This document shows positions 20,865 to 30,792 of a DNA stretch of 64,000 bases, in pieces. The notes under the pieces were generated by a model. That model was not told the origin of the DNA. It saw nothing but the letters and a program-made list of their open reading frames with translations, and did no database searches. Every line of letters begins with the position of its first letter. Positions within the stretch are counted from its first letter, which is position 1. A program made the position numbers and the translations under genes. The stretch covers positions 26,161 through 90,160 of the forward strand of contig DAOWGI010000092.1 in the NCBI GenBank assembly GCA_030637655.1. The letters run 5' to 3'. The stretch is from a candidate division FCPU426 bacterium. Lineage in GTDB: Bacteria; Oederibacteriota; JAAXVQ01; JAUVAV01.

Positions 20865-21845
20865 CTACCGGCCTAATAATAATTTCAAGATTGCTTTTTG
20901 GGCATGCAGGCGGTTTTCCGCTTGATCAAACACTATTGATTGTTCCCCGTCCATCACTTCATCAGTTACTTCTTGTCCGCGATGCGCCGGCAGACAGTGC
21001 ATAAATACCGCATCCGGAGCGGCATGTGACATCAGTTTTTCATTCACCTGATATTTTTTCAAGGCACGTACGCGCTGTGACTGCTCTTTCTCCTGGCCCA
21101 TGGAAACCCAAACATCCGTATATACTACATCCGCATGCGAGACCGCGCGATTTGGATCCATGGTCATGTACAAGGCTCCACCACTTTTACGCCGGTCATT
21201 TTCACTTAATTCGATGGTATGTTTGTCAATCTCGTATCCCAAGGGAGAAGCAATGGCTAATTCAATACCGGTTTTGGCTGCGCCAAAAATCAATGAACGT
21301 GCCACGTTATTACCGTCACCCACATATGCCACACGCAAGCGTTTCAATTTACCGAAACGCTCTTTTAATGTTAACAGGTCTGATAACACCTGACAGGGAT
21401 GCGCGTAATCAGTCAAAGCATTGATCACCGGAATCGAAGCGTCACGTGCCAATTCCACTATTTTCTTATGTGCGTCTGTGCGAATTATAATCCCGTTCAC
21501 ATACCGCGAGAGCACTCGGGCCGTGTCCGCGATAGTCTCGCCTCGTCCCAACTGTAAATCCCGGCCGGCCAGGTACAACATGGTACCACCCAATTGGTGC
21601 ATGGCGATTTCAAAGGATACGCGTGTTCGGGTTGAACTTTTCTCAAAAATAGCAGCCAATACTTTCCCTTTCAGCATCTGATCATGCTTGTTCTTTTTGG
21701 CGCTGTTTTTAAGTTCAGCCGCTGTTTTAAGAATCAGCTCAACATCACTCGCGCTCAATTGAGCAATAGTTAACAGGCTATCTACTGACATCTCTTTATT
21801 GGATACTTTTTTCACTGTGGTCTTTTTCTTCTTGGTCACTGGCAT
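20865..21845 (-). CDS. argF: ornithine carbamoyltransferase, with an 18-aa Lys-rich N-terminal extension
   Basis: STRTR and HCLPAHRGQEV motifs. The ATG at 21845 has a strong GGAGG SD at 5-nt spacing, which supports the extended form (MPVTKKKKTTVKKVSNKE...). The canonical start would be the ATG at 21791 (MSVDSLL). Confidence 0.9.
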   Translation of the reverse strand: MPVTKKKKTTVKKVSNKEMSVDSLLTIAQLSASDVELILKTAAELKNSAKKNKHDQMLKGKVLAAIFEKSSTRTRVSFEIAMHQLGGTMLYLAGRDLQLGRGETIADTARVLSRYVNGIIIRTDAHKKIVELARDASIPVINALTDYAHPCQVLSDLLTLKERFGKLKRLRVAYVGDGNNVARSLIFGAAKTGIELAIASPLGYEIDKHTIELSENDRRKSGGALYMTMDPNRAVSHADVVYTDVWVSMGQEKEQSQRVRALKKYQVNEKLMSHAAPDAVFMHCLPAHRGQEVTDEVMDGEQSIVFDQAENRLHAQKAILKLLLGR

Positions 21846-21865
21846 TTTCCCCTCCCCTTAAATGA

Positions 21866-23086
21866 CTACTGTTCTTTCAAAATCGCTTGCAAGACTTTTC
21901 TCATGATCAGCACGGCGTAATCCACTTCTTGTGCTGTTATGGTAAGCGCGGGTAAAAAGCGCAATACGTTGTCGGCAGTGCAATTGATCACCAAGCCCTG
22001 TTCCAAAGCGTTCCGAACCGCCGACGGACCGTGATCTTTGAGCTCCATACCCCACATCATACCAATTCCGCGCACTTCAATCACCAGCTGCTTAAATTCA
22101 CCGGCTAGTTGCCGCAATTGCCCGCCCAGATAGACTCCGGTAGTTTTAACTTTGTCCAGAAACCCTGTAGCAGTCAATTCTGTTAATAACGCATTCCCGC
22201 CGGCAGCAGCAACGGGATTCCCGCCAAAGGTTGAGCCATGATCTCCTACTGCCAAGGCAACAGCCACATCCCCCCGGGTCACTAAAGCAGAGAGTGGTAA
22301 GCCACCGCCCAAAGGTTTTCCCAACAAAAGCACATCCGGCACGACCTCAAAGTGTTCATAGGCATGCAGGCACCCGGTTCTACCCAAGCCGCATTGGATC
22401 TCATCAAAGATCAACAATAATTTGTTCCGGTCGCACAGATCCCGCAAATCTTGCATAAATTTCTTAGTGCCTTGATGGATTCCACCCTCGCCCTGAACAG
22501 GTTCAATCATAATCGCGCAAGTCTTGTTGGTAATTGCCGAAGCAGTGCCGGCAAAATTGTTCAAGGTTACATGTTTGAATCCCGGCAACATAGGATCAAT
22601 CCCTTGATGATATTTATCCTGCCCAGTGGCCGAGAGTGCGCCATAGGTTCTGCCGTGAAACGCGTCCCGAAAGGTAATTATTTCATATTGATTTTCCTGC
22701 GGTCTTTCTTTCCGGGCCCACTTCCTGGCTAATTTGATGGCCAATTCAACAATTTCCGCGCCACTATTTGAAAACAGCACCTTGTCTCCAAACGATTTCT
22801 CGACCAGTGCTTTGGCCAAGGCTACTTGAGATTCCAGGTAATAGAGATTTCCGGTATGCGCGCATTTTTCCAGTTGGGCTTGCATGGCTGCCTGCTGTTT
22901 TGGATGTCCGTACCCCAGGTTCATCACCGCATGCCCGGAAAAGAAATCCAAATATTCTTTTCCGTCCTTATCCCAAAGCCGGCTCCCGGTCCCGCGTTCC
23001 CATACCACCGGTTGCCGATTGAATGTTTTGGCAAAATACTTCGCTTCCGTCTCAATAATTTCCGTAGTGCTCAACTTCGTTTCCAC
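21866..23086 (-). CDS. argD: acetylornithine aminotransferase (class III PLP aminotransferase)
   Basis: GTG start with an AGGAGG SD. The PLP-lysine region DEIQCGLGRTG is present, with full-length homology. Confidence 0.9.
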   Translation of the reverse strand: METKLSTTEIIETEAKYFAKTFNRQPVVWERGTGSRLWDKDGKEYLDFFSGHAVMNLGYGHPKQQAAMQAQLEKCAHTGNLYYLESQVALAKALVEKSFGDKVLFSNSGAEIVELAIKLARKWARKERPQENQYEIITFRDAFHGRTYGALSATGQDKYHQGIDPMLPGFKHVTLNNFAGTASAITNKTCAIMIEPVQGEGGIHQGTKKFMQDLRDLCDRNKLLLIFDEIQCGLGRTGCLHAYEHFEVVPDVLLLGKPLGGGLPLSALVTRGDVAVALAVGDHGSTFGGNPVAAAGGNALLTELTATGFLDKVKTTGVYLGGQLRQLAGEFKQLVIEVRGIGMMWGMELKDHGPSAVRNALEQGLVINCTADNVLRFLPALTITAQEVDYAVLIMRKVLQAILKEQ

Positions 23087-23134
23087 CGGACCTTCGCCTC
23101 CTTAAAGCTACTGCCAAGGTGAGTGTTCTGCCTT

Positions 23135-24004
23135 TTACGCAGACGCTTTCACCATTTCGGTTCCTATCCCTTGATCTGTAAATATTTCCAGCAATAGGGC
23201 GTGCGCCACGCAGCCATTGATAATATGTGTCTTGTTCACTCCCTGATTTAAGGCTTTCTCACACGCTCGCACCTTGGGCAGCATGCCGCCCTGAATCACG
23301 TTTTTACTGATTAATTCCTCAATTTCAGTAATCTGCAGGGCGGAAAGCAAGGTAGTCTCATCCTTGGGATCTTTCATGATTCCCGGAACATCAGTCATGA
23401 GTATCAGTTTGTCGGCTTTTAAGGCAATTGCTATTGCTGCCGCCACATCATCAGCATTGTTGTTGTATGTTTGTCCCGCCGCGTCCACACCAATGGGCGC
23501 GATCACCGGAATGAATTTTTCCTGGTCCAGAATATCAATCACTTCCGGCGCAACCTTACATATCTCACCGACAAAACCCAGATCCACATCCGGCTCATTA
23601 TGTTTCCGGGCTGTCAGCAAACCACCGTCTTTGCCGGAAAGACCGACCGCTTGACCGCCATGCCAGTTGATGGCTGCCACAATCTCCTGGTTAACTTTCC
23701 CGACCAAGACCATTTCCGTTATTTCCATAGTTTCCTGGTCTGTGACCCGCCGTCCTTTGACAAACTCCACTTTTTTTCCCATCTTCTCCATGACCCGGGT
23801 AATTTCCGGTCCGCCGCCATGCACTATGACCGGTTTCATGCCAACGTATTTCATGAGTACCAGATCCTGCATAACCTTCTCTTTCAAATCAGCATCGGTC
23901 ATGGCCGCACCGCCGTACTTGACAACCACGGTTTTGCCGTAAAATGCTTTAATGTATGGCAGTGCTTCAATTAAAATATTTGCTCTGGAAATAAGTTCCT
24001 CCAT
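23135..24004 (-). CDS. argB: acetylglutamate kinase
   Basis: GKTVVVKYGGAAM...VIVHGGGPEI motifs. The track ORF begins at a TTG at 24073 and would overlap a REP palindrome. The ATG at 24004 (MEELISRANIL) is preferred. Confidence 0.9.
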   Translation of the reverse strand: MEELISRANILIEALPYIKAFYGKTVVVKYGGAAMTDADLKEKVMQDLVLMKYVGMKPVIVHGGGPEITRVMEKMGKKVEFVKGRRVTDQETMEITEMVLVGKVNQEIVAAINWHGGQAVGLSGKDGGLLTARKHNEPDVDLGFVGEICKVAPEVIDILDQEKFIPVIAPIGVDAAGQTYNNNADDVAAAIAIALKADKLILMTDVPGIMKDPKDETTLLSALQITEIEELISKNVIQGGMLPKVRACEKALNQGVNKTHIINGCVAHALLLEIFTDQGIGTEMVKASA

Positions 24005-24032
24005 GGCAATGTCTCCTGATACAAGTATAGTG

Positions 24033-24104
24033 TAGGGAACGGTCGCAACCGAAGGAAATCCCTTACTATTCAATAATCCTTCCGGTCGGGGGACCGTTCC
24101 CTAC
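24033..24104. repeat. REP-like long palindrome gtagggaacggtc ... gaccgttccctac
   Basis: 13-bp perfect inverted arms with GTAG/CTAC ends and an internal sub-palindrome. It lies in the hslU-argB intergenic region. Confidence 0.7.
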
Positions 24105-24124
24105 GGGAGGTATCAACCATTCGT

Positions 24125-25531
24125 TTACAATATATATTTACTCAAATCCTGGTCTTTTAAAAGATTACTAATCCGCTCTTGCACATACTCAGGTGTAATC
24201 CGCACTGTATTTCCCGGCATTTCCGAAGCATTAAAACTAACCTCTTCCAAAACCCGTTCCATCACCGTATGCAAGCGCCGGGCTCCAATATCTTCCGAGA
24301 GTTGATTGGCACGATAAGCTACCTGAGCCAGTTCCTCAATGGCTTCCTGCGTAAAATCCAGTTCCACACCTTCGGTTTCCATCAACGCTTTGTACTGCTT
24401 GGTCAGGGCCTGACGCGGTTCAACCAGGATGCGTTTAAAATCTTCGGCCTTAAGCGAGGTCAATTCCGCCCGCAAAGGAAAACGGCCCTGCAGTTCGGGT
24501 ATCAAATCCGAAGGTTTGGAAACATGAAAGGCGCCGGCGGCAATAAACAGGATGTGGTGAGTTTTTACCTCTCCGTGCTTGGTATTCACTGTGGTCCCCT
24601 CAACGATGGGCAGGAGATCTCGTTGCACACCTTCGCGTGAAACGTCCGGACCGCGGTTTTGTTCCCGGCCGGCGACTTTATCCAATTCATCGATAAAAAC
24701 AATGCCCAGCTCTTCCACGCGTTTTACCGCCTCGGATTTTATTTCCGCCATATCCACCATCTTGTTTAACTCTTCCTGCACGATTTGACGGCGTGCTTCG
24801 GATACCTTGATTCTCCGTTGCCGTGGCGAACCGCCGCCACCGGGCATAATATTTTGCATCATGTCTTGAATGTTCATACCCAATTCTTCCATGTTGGCTC
24901 CGGAAAATATTTCCACCATGGGCATGGGTTGTTCTTTGGCTTCAAATTCCACGGCCTCATCATCCAATTCCCCGGCCAACAGCTGTGTTCTGACTTTTTC
25001 GCGCGCTTCGCTGTGCAACCGATCCTGCGCTTCGGTTTTCTCATACGTGACCGGAGTTGCAGCCATAGTACTTTTACGTTTGCCCAAGGGTGGAACCAAC
25101 AGATCGATTACCCGTTCGACGGCTTGTTCTTCCGCTTTTTCCCTAACCTGATTGCAGCGTTCTTCCCTCACCAAGTTTACCGCCTGGTGCACCAGATCCC
25201 GGATCATAGATTCAACATCCCGGCCAACATATCCGACTTCTGTGTATTTGGATGCCTCTACTTTTACAAAGGGCGCGCGCACTAAAGCGGCCAAACGCCG
25301 TGCCACCTCGGTTTTGCCCACCCCGGTGGGACCGATAAGAATAATATTCTTGGGCGTTACTTCCTCGCGCATGGACTCTGCCAAACGGCGGCGGCGCAGG
25401 CGATTGCGCAAGGCAATGGCCACAATCCGTTTGGCCTGAGCCTGTCCAATAATATATTTATCCAATTCCGCCACGATTTGTTGCGGTGTCAATTCCCATT
25501 CACTTTCGTTTTTCTTTTCTTTCTTTTTCAT
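24125..25531 (-). CDS. hslU: ATP-dependent protease ATPase subunit HslU
   Basis: Walker [10 protein letters not shown]. Full-length HslU with the intermediate I-domain. ATG start; the ATGA overlaps the hslV stop. Confidence 0.95.
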   Translation of the reverse strand: MKKKEKKNESEWELTPQQIVAELDKYIIGQAQAKRIVAIALRNRLRRRRLAESMREEVTPKNIILIGPTGVGKTEVARRLAALVRAPFVKVEASKYTEVGYVGRDVESMIRDLVHQAVNLVREERCNQVREKAEEQAVERVIDLLVPPLGKRKSTMAATPVTYEKTEAQDRLHSEAREKVRTQLLAGELDDEAVEFEAKEQPMPMVEIFSGANMEELGMNIQDMMQNIMPGGGGSPRQRRIKVSEARRQIVQEELNKMVDMAEIKSEAVKRVEELGIVFIDELDKVAGREQNRGPDVSREGVQRDLLPIVEGTTVNTKHGEVKTHHILFIAAGAFHVSKPSDLIPELQGRFPLRAELTSLKAEDFKRILVEPRQALTKQYKALMETEGVELDFTQEAIEELAQVAYRANQLSEDIGARRLHTVMERVLEEVSFNASEMPGNTVRITPEYVQERISNLLKDQDLSKYIL

Positions 25532-26067
25532 AACTCTTCCACCATAATTTCCTTATTGGTATAAATACAAATATCCGCCGCAATCAGCATAGCCTCCCTG
25601 GCAATCTCACTTACCGATAGTTGGGTATGTTGCAGCATAGCCCGGGCAGCGGCCAAAGCATACGCTCCTCCGGAGCCAATGGCCACAGCCGCCTCATCCG
25701 GTTCGATCACTTCTCCGGAACCGCTAATAACCAACGAGCGTTCCTTATCCGCGATAATTAACAGAGCATCCAAACGCCGCAAATATTTATCAGTCCTCCA
25801 ATCCTTGGCCAACTCTACTGCCGCGCGTGTCAGATTGCCATGATACTGCTGTAGTTTTTCTTCAAAGCGTTCAAACAGTGTGAAAGCATCCGCCGCGGAT
25901 CCGGCAAAGCCGGCCAGTATCTTTCTTTCACCCAGCCAACGAATCTTTTGGGCTTTCCGTTTCATCATAATATTGCCTAAAGTTACTTGTCCATCCCCGG
26001 CCAAGGCCATTTGATCCTTACGGCGCACGGATAAAATAGTAGTAGCACGAAATTGTTCATTTGTCAT
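25528..26067 (-). CDS. hslV: ATP-dependent protease subunit HslV (with short N-terminal extension before the Thr-Thr catalytic N-terminus)
   Basis: ...[31 protein letters not shown]... shows HslV homology. The ATG at 26067 was chosen. The track ORF extends to 26151. Confidence 0.88.
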   Translation of the reverse strand: MTNEQFRATTILSVRRKDQMALAGDGQVTLGNIMMKRKAQKIRWLGERKILAGFAGSAADAFTLFERFEEKLQQYHGNLTRAAVELAKDWRTDKYLRRLDALLIIADKERSLVISGSGEVIEPDEAAVAIGSGGAYALAAARAMLQHTQLSVSEIAREAMLIAADICIYTNKEIMVEEL

Positions 26068-26175
26068 AACCAATCTGCCTTTCTCTTTTTTAATCGTCAT
26101 TTTATGGGTTGTCATTCCCCAACCGGAAATGAATATTGAATGCCGGTACACTTTAGGCAGTCCGCATGCTTTCTT

Positions 26176-26251
26176 TTGTCATTCCCGAGGGTTTAATCGG
26201 GAATCTGGTTTTTTAAACCGTATCCCCGATACAAGCATTCGGGGATGACAA
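26176..26251. repeat. MITE-like 74-bp palindromic element, copy 2, plus partial copy at 26302-26334 and REP-B fragment at 26283-26299
   Basis: The 75 bp differ from the copy at 8113-8186 by 1-2 nt. The half copy reads atccccgacaaaatcattcggggatgacaaac. Confidence 0.8.
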
Positions 26252-26354
26252 CTTAAAAAATACCCTTTCCGCAACAGAAACTAATTAAACGCCCCTACCA
26301 CATCCCCGACAAAATCATTCGGGGATGACAAACATGAATTGTGACAGAGCCTCT

Positions 26355-27218
26355 TCATGCCCGGGGATGTGCTTTGCGATAGACGGACTTCAGTTTTTCT
26401 GCTGTGACATGCGTATATATTTGCGTAGTGGTCAAATTGGCATGCCCCAACAACTCTTGCACTGAACGCAAATCCGCGCCATTATCCAGCAAATGCGTCG
26501 CAAACGAGTGGCGCAAACTGTGCGGTGACAAACCGCGTTTGGCGCCCACTTGCCGAATATATTTATCCGCCAAGCGTTCCACGCTTCGCGGTGTGAGTGT
26601 GCCACCGCGCGCGTTTCTAAACACGTTCGCTCCCATAGGCGACGGATCAGCTTGTAAATATCTCTGCAAAGCCGCAATGGCCGGTTCACCCAGTGGAACA
26701 ATGCGTTCCTTACGCCGTTTGCCCAGCACCCGAACCAATCCGCAGGCAAAATCAATAGCCTCCGGTTTTAGGGTTGTCAATTCGGACAACCGCATACCGG
26801 TTGAATACAAGGTCTCCAGAATCGCACAATCCCGTTTTCCTAAACGTGTTTGTGTATCCGGCGCTTGCAACAATGCCAGTATACTTTTCCGGTCAAAAAA
26901 ACGCGGTAGACGGTGTTCCCCTTTAGGTGTGCTTACCGTGGCAGCCGGATTCTCCAACACGATACCTTGCCGGAGCAAAAACCGATAAAACGTTCTCAAG
27001 CCGGCCAGGCGTCTGACAATGCCGGCTCGCGCACTCTGACGTTCGCTGAGTTTAGCTAAATAAGCACGTATGATACGAAATGTCACTTCGCGAGGAAATA
27101 ATTTACCGGCAAAAACCTGGAAATCACGCAAATCCTGACCATAGGCCCTGATGGTATGTACAGAGGCATTGCGACCGTGCTGTAAATAATCAAGAAACGC
27201 CTGTACGGCATCGTTCAC
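26355..27218 (-). CDS. xerC: tyrosine recombinase XerC/XerD family (CodV-like)
   Basis: Catalytic R...HxxR...Y motifs (HSLRHSFATHLL, LGHANLTTTQIYTHV). GTG start with GTGA overlap onto the upstream ORF. Conserved synteny with hslVU. Confidence 0.85.
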   Translation of the reverse strand: MNDAVQAFLDYLQHGRNASVHTIRAYGQDLRDFQVFAGKLFPREVTFRIIRAYLAKLSERQSARAGIVRRLAGLRTFYRFLLRQGIVLENPAATVSTPKGEHRLPRFFDRKSILALLQAPDTQTRLGKRDCAILETLYSTGMRLSELTTLKPEAIDFACGLVRVLGKRRKERIVPLGEPAIAALQRYLQADPSPMGANVFRNARGGTLTPRSVERLADKYIRQVGAKRGLSPHSLRHSFATHLLDNGADLRSVQELLGHANLTTTQIYTHVTAEKLKSVYRKAHPRA

Positions 27219-28363
27219 GAACTTGCCTCCGCCTGGAATTTTTCCAGCAGTCGCGAAAATTCATACAAAAATTTAATAATGGAAAAATTACCTTGGTAAT
27301 TCTTTTTACTAGTGGTAATTTTTTCGTTCAATTCCTTCAGGCCATGAACAAAAATAGTAGTCGGCAATTTTTTCTTCATCGCACTCAGACGAAAACCAGC
27401 CAGATCATTCATGCCCTTCTGTAATTTCTCATCGCGTTGATCCAAAGGCAGACTGTTTTTAGCTTTTAAGATCAACTCAAAATTAACCTGTCCTCCCGGC
27501 AACAATGATCCATCATCGCGTTTGTCCACCCCTTGGAAGAGTCCCGGGTGTTTGCTGCGGGCTTGTGCGAAACACTCCGTAAACATGAGATCAATCTCGG
27601 TGGACTCCAAATGCTTGGCACTGGTTTGTGACATGATACGATACAATTCTTCATAAATGGCCGTCAAACAGAGATCCAAAATCTCAACCGCAAACTGATC
27701 TTTTTTCTCATCTGCCTTAAGCTCCGGTTCCGGCGGTGGTGCGAAACGGGCACTGCGGTCATCGTGCAATTCTTCTTCACCGACCGATTCATACACGGAT
27801 ATTTTACCACGCTCATCGGAATTTTCCACCATTTCAGTAACCCACTTCACCGGAAATTTCATTTGTTCAGGACTGACTTGTTCGGAAAAATAACCCTCCC
27901 GTGGCTGTCCTCCCAAGAAAGTAAGATAATTCAACGCGTTGTTTATTTTTACTTCCAAATAACCGGTAAACCGTTTGCGCGCGAACAGACTGAGCAGTTG
28001 CTTGAAATTGATCAGTTTGGTTTTCAATCCACAGTGTGTGGGCTCAAAAATAAAGGTGCCCATAATCACGATCATCAGAAGTTTGGACGTTTCGTAAAAA
28101 CTGATCGTCCCTTCCTTTTCAGTTCGCAATTTGTTGAGCGCTTCACTCACGGTCATGATTTCGCGGCCATCAGGATAAAAGCGGCCGGCTTTGACACCTT
28201 TACCGCCCAGTAAAAAAATAATATCCTGAGAATCTTCATAGCGCACATCCAAATAACTGGCCACCCTACTCTGACTTTCCGCCAGGATTTTATCCAGTTT
28301 CGCTGTTGCCAAAGGAATGTTTTCCACCACCGTGCGCATGGCTGGGAGTTTCAAATGATTCAT
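27215..28363 (-). CDS. hypothetical protein, no confident family (weak resemblance of two segments to DUF4388-type motifs)
   Basis: A 382-aa ORF with an ATG start whose ATGA overlaps the topA stop. It is co-oriented with, and tightly packed between, topA and xerC. It has no recognisable catalytic motifs. The central region is acidic. Confidence 0.5.
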   Translation of the reverse strand: MNHLKLPAMRTVVENIPLATAKLDKILAESQSRVASYLDVRYEDSQDIIFLLGGKGVKAGRFYPDGREIMTVSEALNKLRTEKEGTISFYETSKLLMIVIMGTFIFEPTHCGLKTKLINFKQLLSLFARKRFTGYLEVKINNALNYLTFLGGQPREGYFSEQVSPEQMKFPVKWVTEMVENSDERGKISVYESVGEEELHDDRSARFAPPPEPELKADEKKDQFAVEILDLCLTAIYEELYRIMSQTSAKHLESTEIDLMFTECFAQARSKHPGLFQGVDKRDDGSLLPGGQVNFELILKAKNSLPLDQRDEKLQKGMNDLAGFRLSAMKKKLPTTIFVHGLKELNEKITTSKKNYQGNFSIIKFLYEFSRLLEKFQAEASS

Positions 28364-30669
28364 GCGGTTTCACCCTCCCCGGATTCTGCCGGCTGTTCCA
28401 AGCGTGTGTAGTCACATCCTTCCACCGGACATACCAAGGCATCCCCCGTACGTTTGGAATGTTTGCGCGCCAAATATGGATTGTCGCATTTGGGACATTT
28501 TTCCAATACCGGTTTATTCCAGGAAACAAAATTGCATTTGGGATAACGACTGCAACCAAAAAACATACGTCCCCGCCGGCTTCGGCGTTCGATAACTTGG
28601 CCGTCACAATCCGGCAAAGGACAATCCAAACCAATCTCTTTGTTGATGGATTTGGTAAATTTGCATTCCGGATACTTGCTGCAGGCTAAAAATTTACCAA
28701 ATCTACTGTATTTAATATGCAAAGGACTTCCACAGGTTTCACATTTCTCATCAATGGTTTCTTCGTCTTTGACCACAATATTGCCTTGCTCATCCTTGCC
28801 CATGGGCTTGGTATTCCGGCAGGCCGGATACTTGGAGCAGGCAATAAATTTTCCGTGCCTCCCCCACTTCACCGTCAATTTGGCGCCGCATTTTTCACAA
28901 ATCTCATCCAATTCCACTTCCACTTCTGATTTGATATCCTGCATATGCTTTTGCGCCTTGTCCAAATCCTGCTGGAATGATTGGTAAAACTTTTTTAAGA
29001 CTGCGATCCACTTGGCGTTGCCGGTTTCAATCTCATCCAGCTCATTTTCCATGGAAGCGGTAAATTCGATATCCAAAATATCCGGAAAACTTTCCACCAG
29101 CAGATCATTAATAATAATGCCTATTTCTACCGGAGCAAACCTTCCGTTCTTGCGTTCAATGTAATTACGGACCAAAATTGTACTAATAATCGGCGCGTAC
29201 GTACTCGGCCGCCCAATATTATTTTCCTCCAATGCCTTCACCAAGGTAGCATCATTGTACCGTGGCGGCGGTTGGGTAAATTTCTGTTCAGGCCGAATTT
29301 CCTGCATCCGCACTGCTTGTTGCTCTTCCAAGAGCGGCAATAACTTATCGTCGTCCTTGGAATTCGTTTCAGCTTCTCCGTTGTTGACCGGTTCTTCGCT
29401 TTCAATATATACGGACATAAAGCCTTTAAACTTCATAATAGAACCGCCGGCCCGCAAGGTATACGCTCCGGCTTGAATATCCACCAGGGTGGCGTCAAAA
29501 CGGGCCGGGGTCATTTGCGAAGCCACAAAACGCCGCCAAATGAGCCGGTATAACTTAAATTGATCAGGTGTCAGGTGCTTTTTAAGCGCATCGGGTGAAT
29601 TTTCTTCCAAAATATACGTCGGACGAATCGCTTCGTGCGCATCCTGCACCTGCCGCTTGGCTTTGTATTTCGGTGGTTTGGCCGGCATGTATTCTGCGCC
29701 GTACGTCTGAGTAATAAAATCACGCGCTTGCGCCTGCGCTTCCTCATTGACCCGCACCGAGTCCGTGCGCATATAAGTAATCAAACCGATTGGCCCTTCG
29801 CTGCCAATATCCAACCCTTCGTACAACTGCTGAGCAACCATCATGGTTTTCTTACCCGTAAACCGCAGCTTATTGGCAGCTTCTTGTTGGAGCTTACTGG
29901 TAATAAAAGGAGGCGCCGGCATCCGCCGCTGCTCTTTTTTTTCAACCTTAACAACTTGATAGGATGCTTGCTCTAAATCCTCAACCACCTGCCGGCTTTC
30001 CGCTTCATTGCACAGCTCCAGTTTGGCATGGTCTTTTTGCGTTACCAGGGCCGTAAAACTTTCCTTGGCCTCTGTTTCCAGGGAAACCTCGATCTTCCAA
30101 TATTCCCGCGGCTCAAAGTTCTCGATTTCGCGCTCCCGGTTGACCACTAAGCGAACGGCTACGGACTGTACGCGCCCAGCGGAAAGTCCCTTGCGAACTT
30201 TTTTCCACAGTAATGGCGACAACGAATAGCCCACAATACGGTCCAGGATTCTTCGTGCCTGTTGTGCGTTGACCATATTGTCATCTATGGCTTGCGGCTG
30301 CTCAATGGCAAGGCCTACCGCCTTCTTGGTAATCTCATTGAACATGATCCGAAACACCTTCTTGTTCTTACTCTCAAGCTCATGTTTCAAATGCCAGGCA
30401 ATGGCTTCCCCTTCCCGATCCGGGTCAGGAGCCAAGTAAATGTTATCCGCAGAGCCGGCCAGACGTTTCAGTTCTTTTAATATCTTGGAACGGGAACGAA
30501 TGGTTATATAATGTGGTTTAAACTCATTCTCAAGATCTACCCCCAATTTACTCTTGGGCAAATCACGCACATGCCCCATGGAAGCTTTGACCAAAAACTT
30601 TTTCCCTAAAAACTTATTAATTGTTTTCGCTTTTGCCGGTGATTCAACAATAACCAGACTTTTTCGCAT
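28360..30669 (-). CDS. topA: DNA topoisomerase I
   Basis: TOPRIM N-terminus (LVIVESPAKAKTI). Several C-terminal Cys4 zinc-ribbon motifs (CEKCGAKL...CSKYPAC, CETCGSPL...). Confidence 0.95.
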   Translation of the reverse strand: MRKSLVIVESPAKAKTINKFLGKKFLVKASMGHVRDLPKSKLGVDLENEFKPHYITIRSRSKILKELKRLAGSADNIYLAPDPDREGEAIAWHLKHELESKNKKVFRIMFNEITKKAVGLAIEQPQAIDDNMVNAQQARRILDRIVGYSLSPLLWKKVRKGLSAGRVQSVAVRLVVNREREIENFEPREYWKIEVSLETEAKESFTALVTQKDHAKLELCNEAESRQVVEDLEQASYQVVKVEKKEQRRMPAPPFITSKLQQEAANKLRFTGKKTMMVAQQLYEGLDIGSEGPIGLITYMRTDSVRVNEEAQAQARDFITQTYGAEYMPAKPPKYKAKRQVQDAHEAIRPTYILEENSPDALKKHLTPDQFKLYRLIWRRFVASQMTPARFDATLVDIQAGAYTLRAGGSIMKFKGFMSVYIESEEPVNNGEAETNSKDDDKLLPLLEEQQAVRMQEIRPEQKFTQPPPRYNDATLVKALEENNIGRPSTYAPIISTILVRNYIERKNGRFAPVEIGIIINDLLVESFPDILDIEFTASMENELDEIETGNAKWIAVLKKFYQSFQQDLDKAQKHMQDIKSEVEVELDEICEKCGAKLTVKWGRHGKFIACSKYPACRNTKPMGKDEQGNIVVKDEETIDEKCETCGSPLHIKYSRFGKFLACSKYPECKFTKSINKEIGLDCPLPDCDGQVIERRSRRGRMFFGCSRYPKCNFVSWNKPVLEKCPKCDNPYLARKHSKRTGDALVCPVEGCDYTRLEQPAESGEGETA

Positions 30670-30707
30670 AATATGTTGCCCATTCCTTATTTTGATACTG
30701 AATTATA

Positions 30708-30736
30708 ATTTAAGCATAGGCCGGTTTTAAAGTCAA
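30708..30736 (-). promoter_or_regulatory. putative sigma70-type promoter for topA (-35 TTGACT, 17-nt spacer, -10 TTAAAT)
   Basis: Read on the minus strand about 40-65 nt upstream of the topA ATG. It is a sequence match only. Confidence 0.3.
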
Positions 30737-30792
30737 TAAAAAGGAAAACCGCTTTAATTCAAGGGTTTTTAACTATTATGTGACCTATGCCG

